DNA from: Eledone cirrhosa
Lineage: Eukaryota
NCBI GenBank assembly: GCA_964016885.1
Contig: OZ024742.1
Coordinates: forward strand, 92,194,001 to 92,258,000
DNA: 64,000 nucleotides
Direction: 5' to 3'
The notes under the pieces are model-generated. The model saw only the letters and a program-made list of their open reading frames with translations, was not told the DNA's origin and did no database searches. Below, piece by piece: positions 43,921-58,998 of this stretch. Within the stretch, counting starts at the first letter, position 1, and every line of letters starts with the position of its first letter. The translations under genes were made by a program, and so were the position numbers.

Positions 43921-45719
43921 ATATCTACATTGTTTTCTTTTTTTTTTTTTTTTTTTCAGGGACTAAATTGAAAAATAAACCTCATTTGGTCATTCAATGA
44001 GAGTGTCTTGATCAGCCTATGAACTGCTTAGCCCACCCTCGAATTTATTCTCTCGTTCCCACATTCATTTATTTTAGCTTGTCTTTGTTTTTGTTTCTCA
44101 TTCGTTTCTAAATTCGTTCATTCCGCCATTCCTTTGTTTGTGCAACCTTGCCGTCATTCATTCATCATGCTTTTTCTTCATTTGTTTGTTCTCCCTCCCC
44201 TTCGTTGGGTCGATTTTTTCTCCGATTGTTCGGCTATTCCTTCTATCGTATGGTCACCCATTCCTTTATTCATTCTTTTCTTCTCTCTATTCCCCATCTA
44301 TACATTCAGCCATGTATTGAAACGTTTGTTTCCTTCATTCGTGCCTTTGTTCGCTCTTCTTCCAATCATTCATTCTGCTATTCCTTCAATCGTCATTTGT
44401 TCACCCTTTCCTCCATTTGTTTATTCGTTCACGTGTTCTTCTATTCAAGCCTTTATTCGTTTATGGAAGGCTTTATTATGTTTGTTTTCATTAATTTCCT
44501 AACGCTGTCATGCATGAAATGTAGCAATGGAAGGGGAAAAAACAACAGTGGCAATATCTCCAGTAATATCTCCTGTAATACTGGTTTTGCTCCTACTCGA
44601 GATGAACTATCAAATAATGAAATAACTAAACAAACGACAGGAATGTTTGTATAAGATTCAGAGAACTCGATTCTATTTGGTAATATTTCTGAGTAGAGAT
44701 TATATCAGTTGTAATAAAACAGATTTTCGCAATTTCAGATTGACGGCCAGAAAATCTATATATTATAATTGAATCGTGGTGATATTAATTCAGCAACAAT
44801 TCCCTTGATCTATTGCTAATAGATCAATCGTGACGAGATTAAACACTTTTCAATATAGATTTATTTATTGGTTGACACACACTACTGATCACCCATTTGA
44901 TATCATCAGAACTTTATTTCAAAGGTTTACAATTATTGTATCAGATGTTATTTTGACTATGTCGTAGTACGAACGGCTTCAATGAAATATTTTACCATAA
45001 GTAAATCCTCCTCTAGAATGAGATTTTCTTAAGATGTTCGTATACATGGAACCCACTAAACTGGGAGAACATTTTCGGAAACTAAAACATATTTGAAAAC
45101 AAAAGAAATTATTATAGTCATACTGTTTGCGTTCAAATCCCGCAAGATTAGCTTTGCCTTTCATCATTACGGGGTCGAGAAAATAAGCACCAGTAATGCA
45201 CTGGAATCGATTTAATCGACCTTCTCTTCCCCAAAAATTGCTAGCCTTGTGCCCAAAGTATAAACAATTATAGTCATACTGTAAAATAAGCATTTAAAAT
45301 AACATATAAGTTAGTTACTTTTCTGGTTTAGTGGTTTAGAAATTGAACTTTATAACTACGACATTAAATTTGGGGTGTTAGATGACACTGTTTCTGGACA
45401 TAACAGTATCGGACATGCTTTATGGCATAGAATTACAGCATGTTATGAATCTTGCCAAGATTATCTTTGCTTTCCATCCTTACGGGGTCGATAAAATAAA
45501 GTACCAGTAATGTACTGGAATCGATATAATCGACATTCCTCTTCCCCCAAATTGTTGGCTTTGAGCCTAAATCAGAAACCAATATTTGGAATACAATCTG
45601 TTACCGGTCAGTCTATTTCCAATTTTGTTATTAAATATAGTGAAAATGGTCATTTATATAAATATGTAGTTGGAAATCGCTTTAATATTTTAAAAGCTTT
45701 TTCACTAGAGCACTCCATT

Positions 45720-46390
45720 AATAATTGTTTTTAAACTAAGCAGATGGTCCATCAGTTTTGGGGGAGGGGAAAATCGATTATATTGACGCTAGAACTTAAT
45801 TAGTTCTATATTTTATCGACATCAGAAAGATGAAAGACAACGTTGTTCTCGGTGGGATTTGAGCTCAGAATATAGAAAGTCGTAATTATATACCGCAACG
45901 CATTTTGTCTGACGCTCTACCTATACTGTTACTCCACTGCCCTAATTATTCCATTAATAATAGTTTCTGATTTAGGTACATGGCCAACAATTTTAGGGGG
46001 GTTGGAAAGTCGATTAAATCGGCCCAGTGCATTACTGGTATTTTATTTTACTGAACCCGAAAGAGGGAAAGGCAAAACTAATCTCAGCGGGATTTGATTT
46101 CAGTATGATGTTCGACGCTCCTCTGATTCTGTCAAACCCCCGCCCTTCTAATAATTGTTTCTTATGTAGGCACAAGGTCAACAGTTTGAGGGGGGGGGGG
46201 GTTGATTAAATCGACCCTAGTGTATTACTGGTACTTTATTTTATCGACCCCGTAAAGATGAAGTGCAAAGATAACCCCGAAATTAGAACTTAGAAAGTCA
46301 TAATTAAATACGCAACGCATTTTGTTCGACTCCCAACCGATACTGCCAACCCACTGCCCTAACTACTCCATTAATAATTGTTTCTACGTT
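45720..46390 (-). mobile_element. Second head-to-tail SINE cluster (about 3-4 copies)
   Basis: Repeated taataattgttt...tcgatta.atcgac...tactggta..ttattttatcgac units. Confidence 0.65.
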
Positions 46391-49300
46391 TGGTGCATGT
46401 CATCTTAAACTGAGTCAGCTTCACTTGTAGAAATGTTAAGTTAAAATCCATCGCAAGGTCTATTTGCTGTGTATTTTGACCCCGTGAAAGATTGATTAAC
46501 TTTAATGAGTTTACAAAATGGGTTTTCCACTTTCAAAAAGTTGGCTTTCAATTTCAGTCGGAAATTGCCGAGTTATTGATTTACATTTATACCGGTAAAT
46601 GTTGAATAAATTTAAAATATAATATATTCTTTAATATTTTTGTGTTTTAACTTAGGGAATTGTTGTTTCATAGTAAAAGACTACCAAGGATTTCAAAATA
46701 CCTGACACCATTCTTAGCTATATCCTAGAATTTTAAAGCATACTTAAAAAGTCTTCTAGTATGGACATTGAAGCATGTTTTATTCCCCCGCCTCCGTCCA
46801 TTGCAAGGTTATCATCATTCAAGAAAGGGAGTCTATCAGAAGGATAAGCAATCTTTTTCAAATCCCTTATTGATCTATTAAATTGGCAGAAAATTCTAAA
46901 TGTTGTTTAGACGGAAATAATTCAATTCTTCATGCAATGCGAAAAACCACACTAATATTTTTTTCTATGTGTTAACACTTCAGAAAGGCAATAATAAAGT
47001 TGCATGGAGACATTTCATATTTTCACGTAATACACTTACATTTAGCGGCTGTAATTTAATAAAATTGACCAGTTTTACAGCATCGATTACTACTAATTTC
47101 AGACCCTGGGGCGTGCGTTTCACTGAAGAAAATAAGGGGGTGCATTCAACTTTCTAATTTTTCGGGGGCGGGGGGGGTTATTGCTGCAGAACATTTTTAT
47201 CCGCTCTATTGCGGCAAATAATTGAACGGAGTTTCATACACATTTAATTTTTTTCTTCACAATGAATTAGTTAGATTAAATATTGCTCTCTACAGTGTGA
47301 TTCCAAAATTTGTTTGATTAGTATGATTTTTTAAAATGCTACCTTCATAAACAGAGCATACAGACACAAACAAAACTGCCAAGCCTGCAATGACTGTTGA
47401 CTCATCCATTTGAAGAGAAACAAATTGAGCTCATTAACCTGCCTTATCATCTCAGTTTCACAAAAATTGGACATTTCATTGATAAAGCTAGAAGCTGTAT
47501 CATTACAAAGTGGTACATTTCATAACATGTTTTTATCTACTACATCAGAAGTCGGCAACCTACGGCCCGCGAGAACTGATGCCCAATGAGTTGTTTATTT
47601 AAAATCTAAATTTATTGTAATATGCGAGACGAGACTTTCGAATACAATAAAAGGCCTGCTGTTATAAATAACGAAAATGTAGCATTCGTTTAATTCAACT
47701 GCAAAGACTATTGGACTTGCGTACAACGCAGATGCGTGGTCCAATGATTAGGATGTTGGACTCAAGATCAAAAGATTGTAGGTTCAATTCGTGGACCGCT
47801 CGGTACGTTGTGTCCTTGAACAAACCATCTTCAACCCATTCAGCTAAACAAATATAATTAGTACCAGCAGCACCTGATCATTAACCCCTGTAACTCACAG
47901 AAGTCTGGTACTTTCGGGATAGGACTGGTGGAGAGGAGGCACTATCATTAAAACACCAGCAAAGTCTCATATGAGATGCAAACTCGTAGTAGACCTGCAA
48001 AACCTAATTCGGTTGGAGCTGCAACGACAATTTTCTTTGCTTGGATCTTTTTAAAACAGAAATGTATTATCTTTAGATGTTATTTTAGTTTTTAAAGATC
48101 TAAGCTGCTATTATCTTAAACCCTTCCACTATTCAACACAGTCTACTTGGTGGTGTCTTATCACCAGTTCAAGTGAAAACGCAAGCAATAAAAAATCTTA
48201 TATTTTCTGTTCATATTTTTACTTTGTTTTGAATTTGCTTTTGAAGATGAACTTGCTATAAACTCAAGCTGAGGAACACCACATTAGTTCATGTTGCTTA
48301 GGTTCTGCTTATTAGCTTTTGACTGATTATTGATTTTTTTTTAGCCATTTATCCATAAGGGGATATAAATAGACAGTTATATATTGATTATAGAAAATTA
48401 TAGCTGCCCGAAACATTTATATTCACTACACATATATTAGAAAAATCACTAAACTATTTAACACTAACACAAGTCGCCATCTTTAATAACCACTTCACCT
48501 TTATTGCTACTTAAACTGAAACCGATTGAAAATTATCGCATAATAATATTAGCTTTAGGTGCCAAATTACACCAGTTTAGCAGAATATATTCTGAATAAA
48601 TATTCAAATTACTTACTATTTCAAGCAGAATTTACTGTGAAAATCATTATATTAATTGGCATTAAGTCTATGTATGTATGTATGACTTCGGACGTTTGTA
48701 TATACTGCAACCTCATTGGTTTCCTCCACCTATGCATGTCTGTCCGTTGTATGGATGTTTGCCTGTTTGTACATATCAATAGGTCCCGGTTTCGATCTCA
48801 CTACGGGACATCTTGAGCAAGTGTCATTTACCATAGCTTGATGTTGACTTATGCCTTGTTAGTGAAACTGAGCAAACGGAAACTATTGAAGCCCGTCGGC
48901 TGAACTGTACCTGTAATTCAAATAGCCAGCCTTCTCACATACTGTATGACGCGAAATCTCCCTCATAATTATGTTAAAAGTATATGTGTCTGGAATGTTC
49001 AACCACTTACACCTCAATTTCATCAGCAGACTGTTAAGTTGATCGAACAACTGGAGCACTCATCATTAAAACTGAGGAAGGTCCGTAGATGTGCATGTGA
49101 TAATTAAGTAAAATCAGAATGTATGTAAAACAGTTGTTTCCGACCTATTTTTACGATATGAACCTTGGTTACAATCCCCCACCCCTTAAAATTGATATGT
49201 CACGATAGAGACTCCAGATATTACTGGACTTACAATGTACTCTGTGGAATGCTCAGCTACTTACACTTCATGAGCAAGCTGTTAAGTTGATCGAACGGAT

Positions 49301-51673
49301 AATAGAAATAATACATATCTATACATTAAAAGAAATCCTTTTCAAAAAGCACAATAGCATTTTATAAAATATTATAATCTCTAGAATATCACGAAGTGTG
49401 TCTCAAGAACTGTTAAACTATACTGACAAACCCTGTGGAAATCTGCTTTTTTCAGGAACCCCAAAATAATTTAGACCAAAATTGGGTTCATATGAAACAC
49501 TTGATATGATGGAGAGAATATGTGTATGTGAGTCTATATCATATGTGTAAAAGCTTATCATGTTTGTCCATGTATGTGTGGATGTGTATTCATTACTTTA
49601 ACAGTATTGTATGCGTATGTGTGTGTGGAATCATAGGGAGGCCGTATTGACACGTAGTGTGTCTTGCGCATGTTAGACCTGGTGGTACCAATCCCCTAGC
49701 TCTGAACACAGTAGATCTTTTCCAGTGAAAGAGAGAGGGGAGTGGAAGAAAAACATATAGAGGAAGAATCAACACCGATACCGGACTTTTTATCGACCTT
49801 GAATTAATGAGAGGCAAAGCTGACCTCGGCGGATATTGAAATCAGAGCGCAGAGAGTCGGAACGAACATCGCAAAGGATTCTATCCGACGTTTTATCGAC
49901 TGTGCCAGTTCGCTCCCAATAGTATATATATGTATGAACACTATGCTGTAACAGCAGTAATCTCTGTTACTTGTTTATTCTAGTGAGTCCATTTATTAGA
50001 ACAAGCATAAATACAAACATTTCTAAATAAAACTTATCTGTTATTCTTTTATTGTCTCAGTGATTAGATTGTGACCATGCTGGGGCAACTTTGTCACGAT
50101 GATTCGACTGGAGAATTACATTAAGGGTAAAATTCAACCACCATTTACACGTTAATTTTTATTATTGAGTAACTGAAGGCAAATTGTTAGTGTTATGGAT
50201 GATATTGTTCAATCCTAGAACTCCTCAGGCGATCAGACAGATCATCCATCATCTAATATTTTCCAATCACACTACATCAAAAATCACATTGTTCAACGCT
50301 TTTAATCTTAATAAAAAAAGTAAGATATATTTTAAAACTAATTTGGCTGCTAATTCAAGCATGACGAGGCTACGTAGAGGCTCCTCGTATGTCTCATTGC
50401 AGCTGTTGTTCTTTTCGTTGTTGACGATGAGGGTGTTTATCCCATTGTCAGCCCTCTTTGCCGTCTCCATAACCATCATTTTCATCATTATCATCACCCT
50501 AATCATCGTCATCATCATCGCTAACATCATTATCTTCATTCCTATCTACGGCTACACTCTCATCCTCTTCATTCCCATCCTCACCACCATCATCATCATC
50601 AGCAGCCGCAGCAGAAAGCACAGCAGCAATAACAGAGACACAGCCATCACAACTATCGTTATCTTCGTCCAGTCCCCATCACCACCACCATCATCATCAC
50701 CGCCACTATCACTATGGTCGTCACTTAAATACTTAACATCCCGGAAATATGTGATTAACTGTTAACGAACATGACATCCCTTTCACTGCGTCTTCATCAC
50801 ATATACACACATACAAACACACATACTTACATTCACACATACATATATATATACACACACATACATAAACACACATACATAAACACACATACATATATAC
50901 ACACACACATACATACACACACACACACGTTTACACACACTCAGCCTCATATACACACACGCATTCACGTACACACGTACAGACGTATACACACAAAGAC
51001 GCACACAGATACACACGCACACATGCACGCATATGTAAAAAAAGTCACGAAAATAAACATTAAAAAACACATAAGAAACAATAATATCCAGGCATTTTCT
51101 GTGTTGTATCCTTTCAGCAGGGTTCTACATCATTATACATTAGTTTATTATATTTTGTTTTGTTTTATTTTTGTACCGAAGACCACCTACAAAGCCTCTT
51201 CACCTATTCCAGAACTAATTCGACCTGTTCAAATATACTAAGCAATGTTTTTCTTTCCTCAACAAATTCCCTAATGTGTTGCCAACGTAGACTCACTGTT
51301 GACGTTTCGTTGTGATCTTTGTAAGTATATTTTTCTGTCTGTCTGTCAGAAATTGATACAGGATCAATCATGAAATGTTAAATCTCGGGTCAGAATCAAC
51401 CAGTCATATCTAAGGAAAAAATCCCTGGATAGATTGTTACCAGCAAGATAACCAACAGGAGACCCAGTGGTTGATCACGAACAAGATGTTTGCGTTATCA
51501 ACCATGAGCTTGATTGTTCTCGCTTGGGGATCAAGCCAGATCATATGGAGACGCTCGCTCTGATAGGACCCTCAGGAAGGCGTGTCTTAGAATCCTACTC
51601 CAACGACACTCCAAGGAATAATCAGTCGAAGAAGATAGATAGATATGTATATATATACACCTCTATTGTGTGA

Positions 51674-51710
<37 letters not shown>

Positions 51711-51713
<3 letters not shown>

Positions 51714-51912
51714 ATAATAATAAATTTGAAGACTAAAATCCAAAGAGGGCTCGATAAGGATAAATATATATCAAATATATAAGAACCGTAGAGCAAATAT
51801 TTATTAAAATAACAGATTAAAGTTTGAGAAAAAAATTGCTGCTTTCACCCTTAACGGGATCTTCTGAGACAGCGATTCTTTGCTTAAACTTTAATCTGTT
51901 ATTTTAATAAAT
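51711..51912. mobile_element. CAGAAGA-hammerhead family short fold-back
   Basis: Same tail and core as 15289 and 27311. The inversion junction is at ~51868. Confidence 0.8.
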
Positions 51913-52365
51913 ATATATATATATATAGGAGGTGGTAATAACATTATTACAGTTCGGAGCAGTATATTTTCCCACACTAAGCCGTTTATCCATTATTTAA
52001 CAGGTAGTGTTCACTCTTTAAATCTGACCTACTTATTATGCATATTTGTGTTTTAGAGGAGCTAATATATATATGTAAATATACTTTAGTTGTTGAGGTG
52101 ATGTCCGAACGAGTATCCTCCGCCACCAACTAACTTGCCTTCCGCTTCTGGGTCCCGGCCGACAGAATGGAGAATGCATTGCCCCGGAGGAAGGCGAGGG
52201 AGACAGGCTGAATCAGGCACTCCAACTCGCGGGCTTCGCTCCTGCGGGTAGCCATCTCTGCTCCACACAGACTTACGGGTTCGTATTTACAACATGCGAT
52301 TTCTGTAAATTCATTGAATGACTGAATGGTGGCTGGGCTATACGTAATCTCAACATAATTTATAC

Positions 52366-52800
52366 TTATTGGTTGAAATGTGAGCGAGGAAAGGATTTCG
52401 CACAGGTCAAACGGGAGGAAGTGATGGAGAGGGAGTAGCAGAGAGTGAGTGAGTGAAAGTGTGGGGAAGAGGCTAACTGAGAGAGTGACTGGCAGTGGGG
52501 ATAAAAAGAAAGTGAGAGATACAGAGAAAGGGGAAGCAGTAAGAAAGAAACAGACGTGTCACAACGGAGGAAAATATATAAATATATAAATATGTGAAAA
52601 AACTCCTTCTTCCTCATTTTTCGTTGCATTAACATCTTTGTTTGTTTGTTTACTGTCTCGCTCGTTCCCCCTACTTACGTGTCCCAGCGACTTTCTTTAG
52701 CCGTTGCTCGCACCAACCCCAGAGGTATATGATCTTTAAAGCGATGAAATACCAATGACGGCTGGAAAATCACTGATGAAGGACTAATTTTATTCATATA
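52366..52800. mobile_element. Divergent two-part copy of the 8862-9395 family
   Basis: 52366-52600 matches the family on the minus strand and 52601-52800 on the plus strand. Confidence 0.7.
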
Positions 52801-53009
52801 TATATATACATACATAAATAAGCCCATACGTCCTTTCTCAAATATTGGATACTTTCAGTTATTTTCGATAAAAAATATGACTTCCTTTTGGGATGTAAAA
52901 CTATTTGATATGAGTTCATCCGTTAAATTAAAAATATTGTCCGCTATGACCTTCATTTTGTCGTCTCTCCTACCGTTACCTCAATCTAAACTGTCATTTG
53001 TTATATATT

Positions 53010-53041
<32 letters not shown>

Positions 53042-54477
53042 TGTATGTATTCGTTTATTAGATAACCAAGTATTTTTTTTTTTTGTCGGATGTTAAGCTT
53101 TTTTTATGAAACGAATGCTTTCCCTTGAAAATATTACCCTGCCAAGTGAGGTCAAACTAACATAAGCCAGATTCATGAATGGATATATCCTGTTAAAAAT
53201 ATACCATCTCAAATGGCAAAACATACTGACTAAATTTTCATAAATTGTTGTTTGCTTTGGAAAGAGATTTTTTTCTTTTTCTAGAGTTTACGTTATATAC
53301 GTCATTTAATTATTTTTTCCGCGAGATATTTTGTTGAAATATAGTTTTTATATCTTTATATATTTGTTTCACGTCGATTACTTTAAGCCGTGTGCCCTTT
53401 TAATTAAAGATTTTTTTTTTTTTAAATGTAATAACGTTTAGATACCCCAAGTGTGATGTCAGGAAACGTAACAAATTCCACACTAAAAGTAATCAATCAA
53501 AGTTGATGACATAAACACATCTTCAAGAATATTAGGAACCCTTTATTGGTAACAGATAACATAAGAAGAAAAAAGTAAGTGATGTGAACTTACATAAGAC
53601 GGAAATGCCTTTATTTTTTTGTGTGTTCGTTCCAATAATGGAGTTCTTTGCTTAGTAATAATATCTGCTTAATTCAGATTATAACCACGTTGCTGACACG
53701 TCACTTACTAAGTTGAGAGGGGTGTGGCAATACTAGTCAAACGTGAAGGAATCTGGCCGTGTGATTCCACTCACGTTCATATATCGTGGTTTCTATTCCT
53801 GAGCCAAGGGGCGTATCGTGATCCTCAACACGACACTTCATTTCACGTTGTTTTAGTCCACTCAGTTGAAAAGAAATGAGTAATCATCATCAGCAGCAGC
53901 TGAGGGTTACCTCTGCTGGACAGGACGATTGACGAACCTTGATGAGCCACTGGATTTGGTATAGACTTTAACTTAACTTACAACTGGCTGTACGATTTGT
54001 GGTTCTCATCTAGTTACCGTGCTCTGTCAACCCTAGCCATAAATACCATAATTTAGTTATAACTAACTGATATGTGTACTAGCAACACTTTGATAATTAG
54101 TAATTAATTATGTGTTAGTCAATGCTAAATTTAAATATTTGTATGACCCACATGGAGAGTGCGACAGGAATCTACATTAATGTAATATTTTCTAGGCATA
54201 TGCTACAAGGTACCAATTCTCTTAATATTGCCAAATATATTCTCTCTTTTTTCGAATGCCTAAATACTCGAATTATTCGTAAGTAGTTAATCTTTTAACT
54301 ATTAAAAACAATAATTGATTCAGAAATAGAACGGAATTTATTTCTGTTACTGCTACATAAAAGAGAGAGAACTTAAACAACATTCAAAGATATTTGGTTG
54401 AGGAGGAGATATTCATTCATCAACACATGGCAATCAGTAGCCACAAATTCATTATTTCCGTTCTCCCCCCCCCCTCT

Positions 54478-54516
<39 letters not shown>

Positions 54517-54984
54517 CACAACACAACTCTTAAACTCTTAAACTTAAACTCTTGCAGAGGTTGACATTCACTTTATTTGTGTGGGTGGATAAATAAAGAA
54601 TTAGTCAAGTACTGGGATTGATCGAAACTACTATATCCTCTCACAGAAGTGTTGTTACCTTGTGGCTTTGCAAGAAATCATTACTTAATAGAGGCGGCGC
54701 CCATAACTTTTATTGTATATATCAAGGTGATAGGGTCAATGTGGTTTCTGATCAGCTTAAATTTGGCAGGAATAGTGGTCCCCAACTTGGATTCATAAGA
54801 ACCCAAAGGGTTTATTAAAATATTTTGGTGATTCTTCAAGTGAGTTCTTCATAGCATTTTTGAGCTTCAATTGAACTAAGTTATCCTTTTATGAACTCGT
54901 ATAGTCTTTTTATATGAAGGGAAATAAATAAGATGGTACGTACATATTCTTTCTATTCTTGATTTTAAAGGTTCGTTATAAATC

Positions 54985-55327
54985 TGTAGCGGTTGTCTCC
55001 CTTGTTTGGATTAACATCTAGACGGGAAGTAGAACCCTTTCTGTAACTTCAGGTCAGAACCCTATAAAACTAACAACTTTAAGTTCTCATTCTCTCATTT
55101 GGCTCTGCCTCTCATTTGGCCTTCCGGTGCCTGGCTGGCCTTAGCCAGGCGTCCTCTGCCAGCCGCGTTTGCCTGGCAATCAAAACGGTAACGACTAACT
55201 TTGTTTCATTCTATCATCTATTTCTTTGACATTTCAACTATACTATCTACCATTGTTAATTAAATATTATACACACAAACAATGTATTCGTTTTGTTACA
55301 TTCATACAACCCAGTATCTTCGCTATA
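54985..55327 (+). mobile_element. Possible solo LTR
   Basis: TGTAGCG...CGCTATA ends, an internal ctataaaa, a GC-rich middle and attaaa. No TSD seen. Confidence 0.3.
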
Positions 55328-56851
55328 TTGGACGATTTGTACGAAGACTGACAAGATGAACCAGTCAGCTAGAACTGAAACTAAGAGGGAAGAGCTTCTT
55401 CCCACACTGATTGCCAATATTCCTTTGTCAGTAATATTTGATGATTCGTGTCGTTAAAAATGTTAGAGACTGATCTAGGATAGGGCTCAAATTCTTTAAT
55501 GGTTGGTTGCTCACGGGATCTCACAATGAATTTAAATTCCAAGCACATTTCTATTTAATCATGTGGCTTTTCAATTATTACATATTACTTCCTCATTTCC
55601 ATGTCGAGTTAACAACTAAGATAATATTATTTCAGTAGTCTAATTGATCTTCTAGGTTTTCAAAACACAACCGATCCCAGCTTGCATCAATCTTAATTAT
55701 ATGGTGTATTTTCGTATTGTTTTGTGTTGTATTGTTTTGCATTGATATCATGTTACCTAAAATATGCACAGCGCCTAGTTGAGCAATATTCTCTATATTG
55801 TGTATGTGTGTAAATTCCATGATTTTGATAATATTTTGTTCCTTATTTTGGTTCTAATTTTGGTTCGATAGTCCTTTTCAGAAAGGAAAGCCGTCATTAT
55901 TCAGATGAGACCAAGTAAAGTATATTTTCGATAGTATTTTCAATGCCGATACTATTGACTACAACTCCCTGCCTTAAAAACGCCACCAGTTTACCGGTTA
56001 CAGGAGGCGGGATTTGAACTCAGAAAGCACAGAGCCGGAAGATATACCGAAGTATTTAAGTCGAAACTCTAATGACTGCGGCGTCGAGTTTAAACAACTC
56101 GGTATTTTTTATTTGACTCTCTGCACACTGAATTCAAATCTCAGTGAGGTCAACTTTAACTCTCCTCCTTTCGAGCTAGTTAAAAAAAGTACCGGACAGG
56201 AAGCGATGGATCGGCGGAGTTGACAAGAACCGGATGGGGTGTTTTTAAGTAACTGTTTCGACATTGTGTGTTGAGTTCAAATCCTGCCTTCTGTCATCGG
56301 AAAAGCGGTGACACGTCTGCCAGGAGTTGCAAGCAACAAATAATACCAACAATGGAAACGTCAATGGAAACACAGATTGTTTGGTCCAATCTGATGATCG
56401 GCTTCATTCATTTTCCCAGTTTTACACATTTCGGAGTATAGGAGAAAGGGGGAAGGAACACTGGGGGAAATATTGTCAGGGCTCACCAGCATGCCAATCA
56501 AGAACATGGCGGTTCACTAAAAATACGGTGAAAATGTGCACACCGAAAAGATACAATCAATACTGAGCCAGGTTAAAGAAACCACATATATAACAGAAAT
56601 TAGCCTAATCTCAATAGGAAATATGAATGAGATAACAACAACCTCACAACCAAGAGACTGAGAACACCATAAGAAAACACAAGAACAATCTAAAAGTATG
56701 CACAAACAGACATATCGTCCAACCCATAAAATCCAAAAATGATATAACTCCTTAGTGACGAAGGAGAGAGCCAAGGGAGGGTAACACATACACATCCAGG
56801 GAATTACTAGTGGTGGTACCAAAATGAGCACTCAATGCACAGGCAGAATGT

Positions 56852-57110
56852 ATATATTAAGAAAAACAATGAGATTTCGTTTACATGTGTTTAGTGCGTT
56901 ATTGTGTATCATCTTGTTACACGCGTTTCGCAGCAATTTGGTTCAGGGTCACCCATAGAAATTATGGACCCAATTCCATTATCGTTCTGCTCTTCAGACT
57001 GGTGATTAAAAGAAAAACATTTGAATCACCAGTCTGAAGAACAGTCGATACACAATAAATAACTAAATATATATATATGTAAACGAAACTGCATCTTTTT
57101 CTTAATATAT
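56852..57110 (-). mobile_element. Fold-back element with a long-stem-II hammerhead (56916-56999)
   Basis: Minus strand gt CTGAAGA gcag...ctgc GAAA cgcgtg TA ac. Central hairpin tcttcagactggtgatt / aatcaccagtctgaaga. Terminal inverted tails. Confidence 0.75.
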
Positions 57111-57157
57111 ATATATGCCTCTTTTGTCTCATATATATATATACATATATATATATT

Positions 57158-57385
57158 ATAAAGAACGAGGATTCAGTGTTGCATCATATCATATTTATTA
57201 ATATATTACATATGTTTCTCTATCAATCAGCTCGATGGGAAGATCTATTGCAGATCGAACCTGACACTGTAATATCGATAGAGAAACATATGTAATATGT
57301 TAATAAATATGATATGATGCAACACTGAATCCTCGTTCCTTAAAATATTATACTCTGCTCTGCGGGAGCATCGAGTACTCAACCG
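57158..57385. mobile_element. Small fold-back element (~68-bp arms) with a tail
   Basis: 57158-57226 is inverted to 57276-57345. The spacer contains gatct attgc agatc GAA, possibly an HHR relic. Confidence 0.7.
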
Positions 57386-57499
57386 GCTTACTGCCTACGG
57401 ACGCAGTTACCATGCAACCTTACAACTATATACATACATATATATATATGTGTGTGTATGTAAGTATGCATATGTACACACGTACACACATATATATAA

Positions 57500-57785
57500 A
57501 TGGAAAAAATGAAATTTAATTTCTCACTCTTAGTACGGCTGATACTTAAATATAAGTATGTATACGTACATACATATATGTATACAGACGTACAGTAGTA
57601 TGTATATACATACATGCATACATATATATATATATATACGTATGGGTTTACCGAACATTTATTATAATGCTCGGTTTGTTTGTAAACAAACAGCCCGAAA
57701 TTATTAGCCGTACAGTGTTCGGCAACCATCGTTGCCCTTTTGTTCAACACTGACAAAGGAACGATGAACTAGTTTCTAGCTTACC
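57500..57785 (-). mobile_element. Copy of the 6682/27040 family
   Basis: Shares cagtgttgaacaaa..gatggttgc and the tail actaagagtgagaaat. Confidence 0.75.
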
Positions 57786-57807
57786 TTCTAGCTTACCTCT
57801 CTGCCAA

Positions 57808-57935
<128 letters not shown>

Positions 57936-57965
57936 AGTGGTTACACAACAGTTAGTTCACCATAC

Positions 57966-58003
57966 CGAGAACAATTGTTTCACCTTAGCGGATCCTCAGC
58001 TCG
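57966..58003 (-). ncRNA. Minimal hammerhead in a ~100-bp mini element with a perfect hairpin (57986-58032)
   Basis: cgag CTGAGGA t cc gctaa gg t GAAA caattg TT ctcg. Confidence 0.8.
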
Positions 58004-58036
58004 TAATCGGATTACGAGCTGAGGATCCGCTATATA

Positions 58037-58130
<94 letters not shown>

Positions 58131-58133
<3 letters not shown>

Positions 58134-58592
58134 ATATACACGTATGTGTATGATTGTGTATAGAAGATTATATTAATAAAAGGAATTCCAACTTTGTCTG
58201 ATTTACTCGTTTTATTTACAATCCTTTAAAATTTATAATGGTATTAGAATGAAATAGTATGGTAGAATATTAAATGTTAAGTGTTAATTGAACAAGTACT
58301 TTCATGCTTTTGCAATCTTCAGGTTCATATTCTGTGGTGACAGTCAAGTTTGCAATTTTCAACTGTTGAAAATTTCAACAGTTGAAAATTCCAACAGTTG
58401 AAAATTGCAAACTTGACTGTCACCACAGAATATGGACCTGAAGATTGCGAAAGCATGAAAGTACTTGTTCAATTAACACTTAACATTTAATATTCTACCA
58501 TACTATTTCATTCTAATACCATTATAAATTTTAAAGGATTGTAAATAAAACGAGTAAATCAGACAAAGTTGGAATTCCTTTTATTAATATAT
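58131..58592. mobile_element. Near-perfect fold-back (~200-bp arms) with two divergent minimal hammerheads
   Basis: 58169-58370 is inverted to 58392-58592. HHRs at 58290-58326 (-) and 58434-58470 (+): ggac CTGAAGA t tgc gaaa gca t GAAA gtac TT gttc. Confidence 0.9.
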
Positions 58593-58599
58593 ATATATA

Positions 58600-58914
58600 T
58601 AAGGAAAAGAAATGGAAAATGTAACTGGAATCTTTTTAAGACTATTCATTTATTTCCTTTACCCGTTTCACAGTTCTTATGCTTTTCAAAAGTAAAATTG
58701 AGATGGGGGGTTTGTGGTTTCTCTCGCACATCTACATTGATGCGAGATAAACCACAAACCTTCCATTTCAATTTTACCTTTGAAAAGCAGAACTGTAAAG
58801 CCGGTAAGGGAAATAAATAATTCTTTTTAAAAAGACTCGTTCTTTTTCTTTTTTTTTTATTAAAACAACCTCATTTTCATATATATATATGACCCTCCCA
58901 AAGTATAACAATAT
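58600..58914. mobile_element. Diverged fold-back with degenerate hammerheads and a PLE-type tail
   Basis: Centre at ~58732. The arms carry TTGAAAA gca..ctgt GAAA cggg TA aagg-like relics. Ends in atgaccctcccaaagtataacaatat. Confidence 0.65.
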
Positions 58915-58933
58915 ATATATATATGAAAATGAG

Positions 58934-58995
<62 letters not shown>

Positions 58996-58998
<3 letters not shown>

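Noticed and set aside
50184-50765. Hydrophobic 193-aa ORF or possible exon
   Set aside because: It derives from a degenerate (CAT)n tract and has no recognisable domain or splice support.
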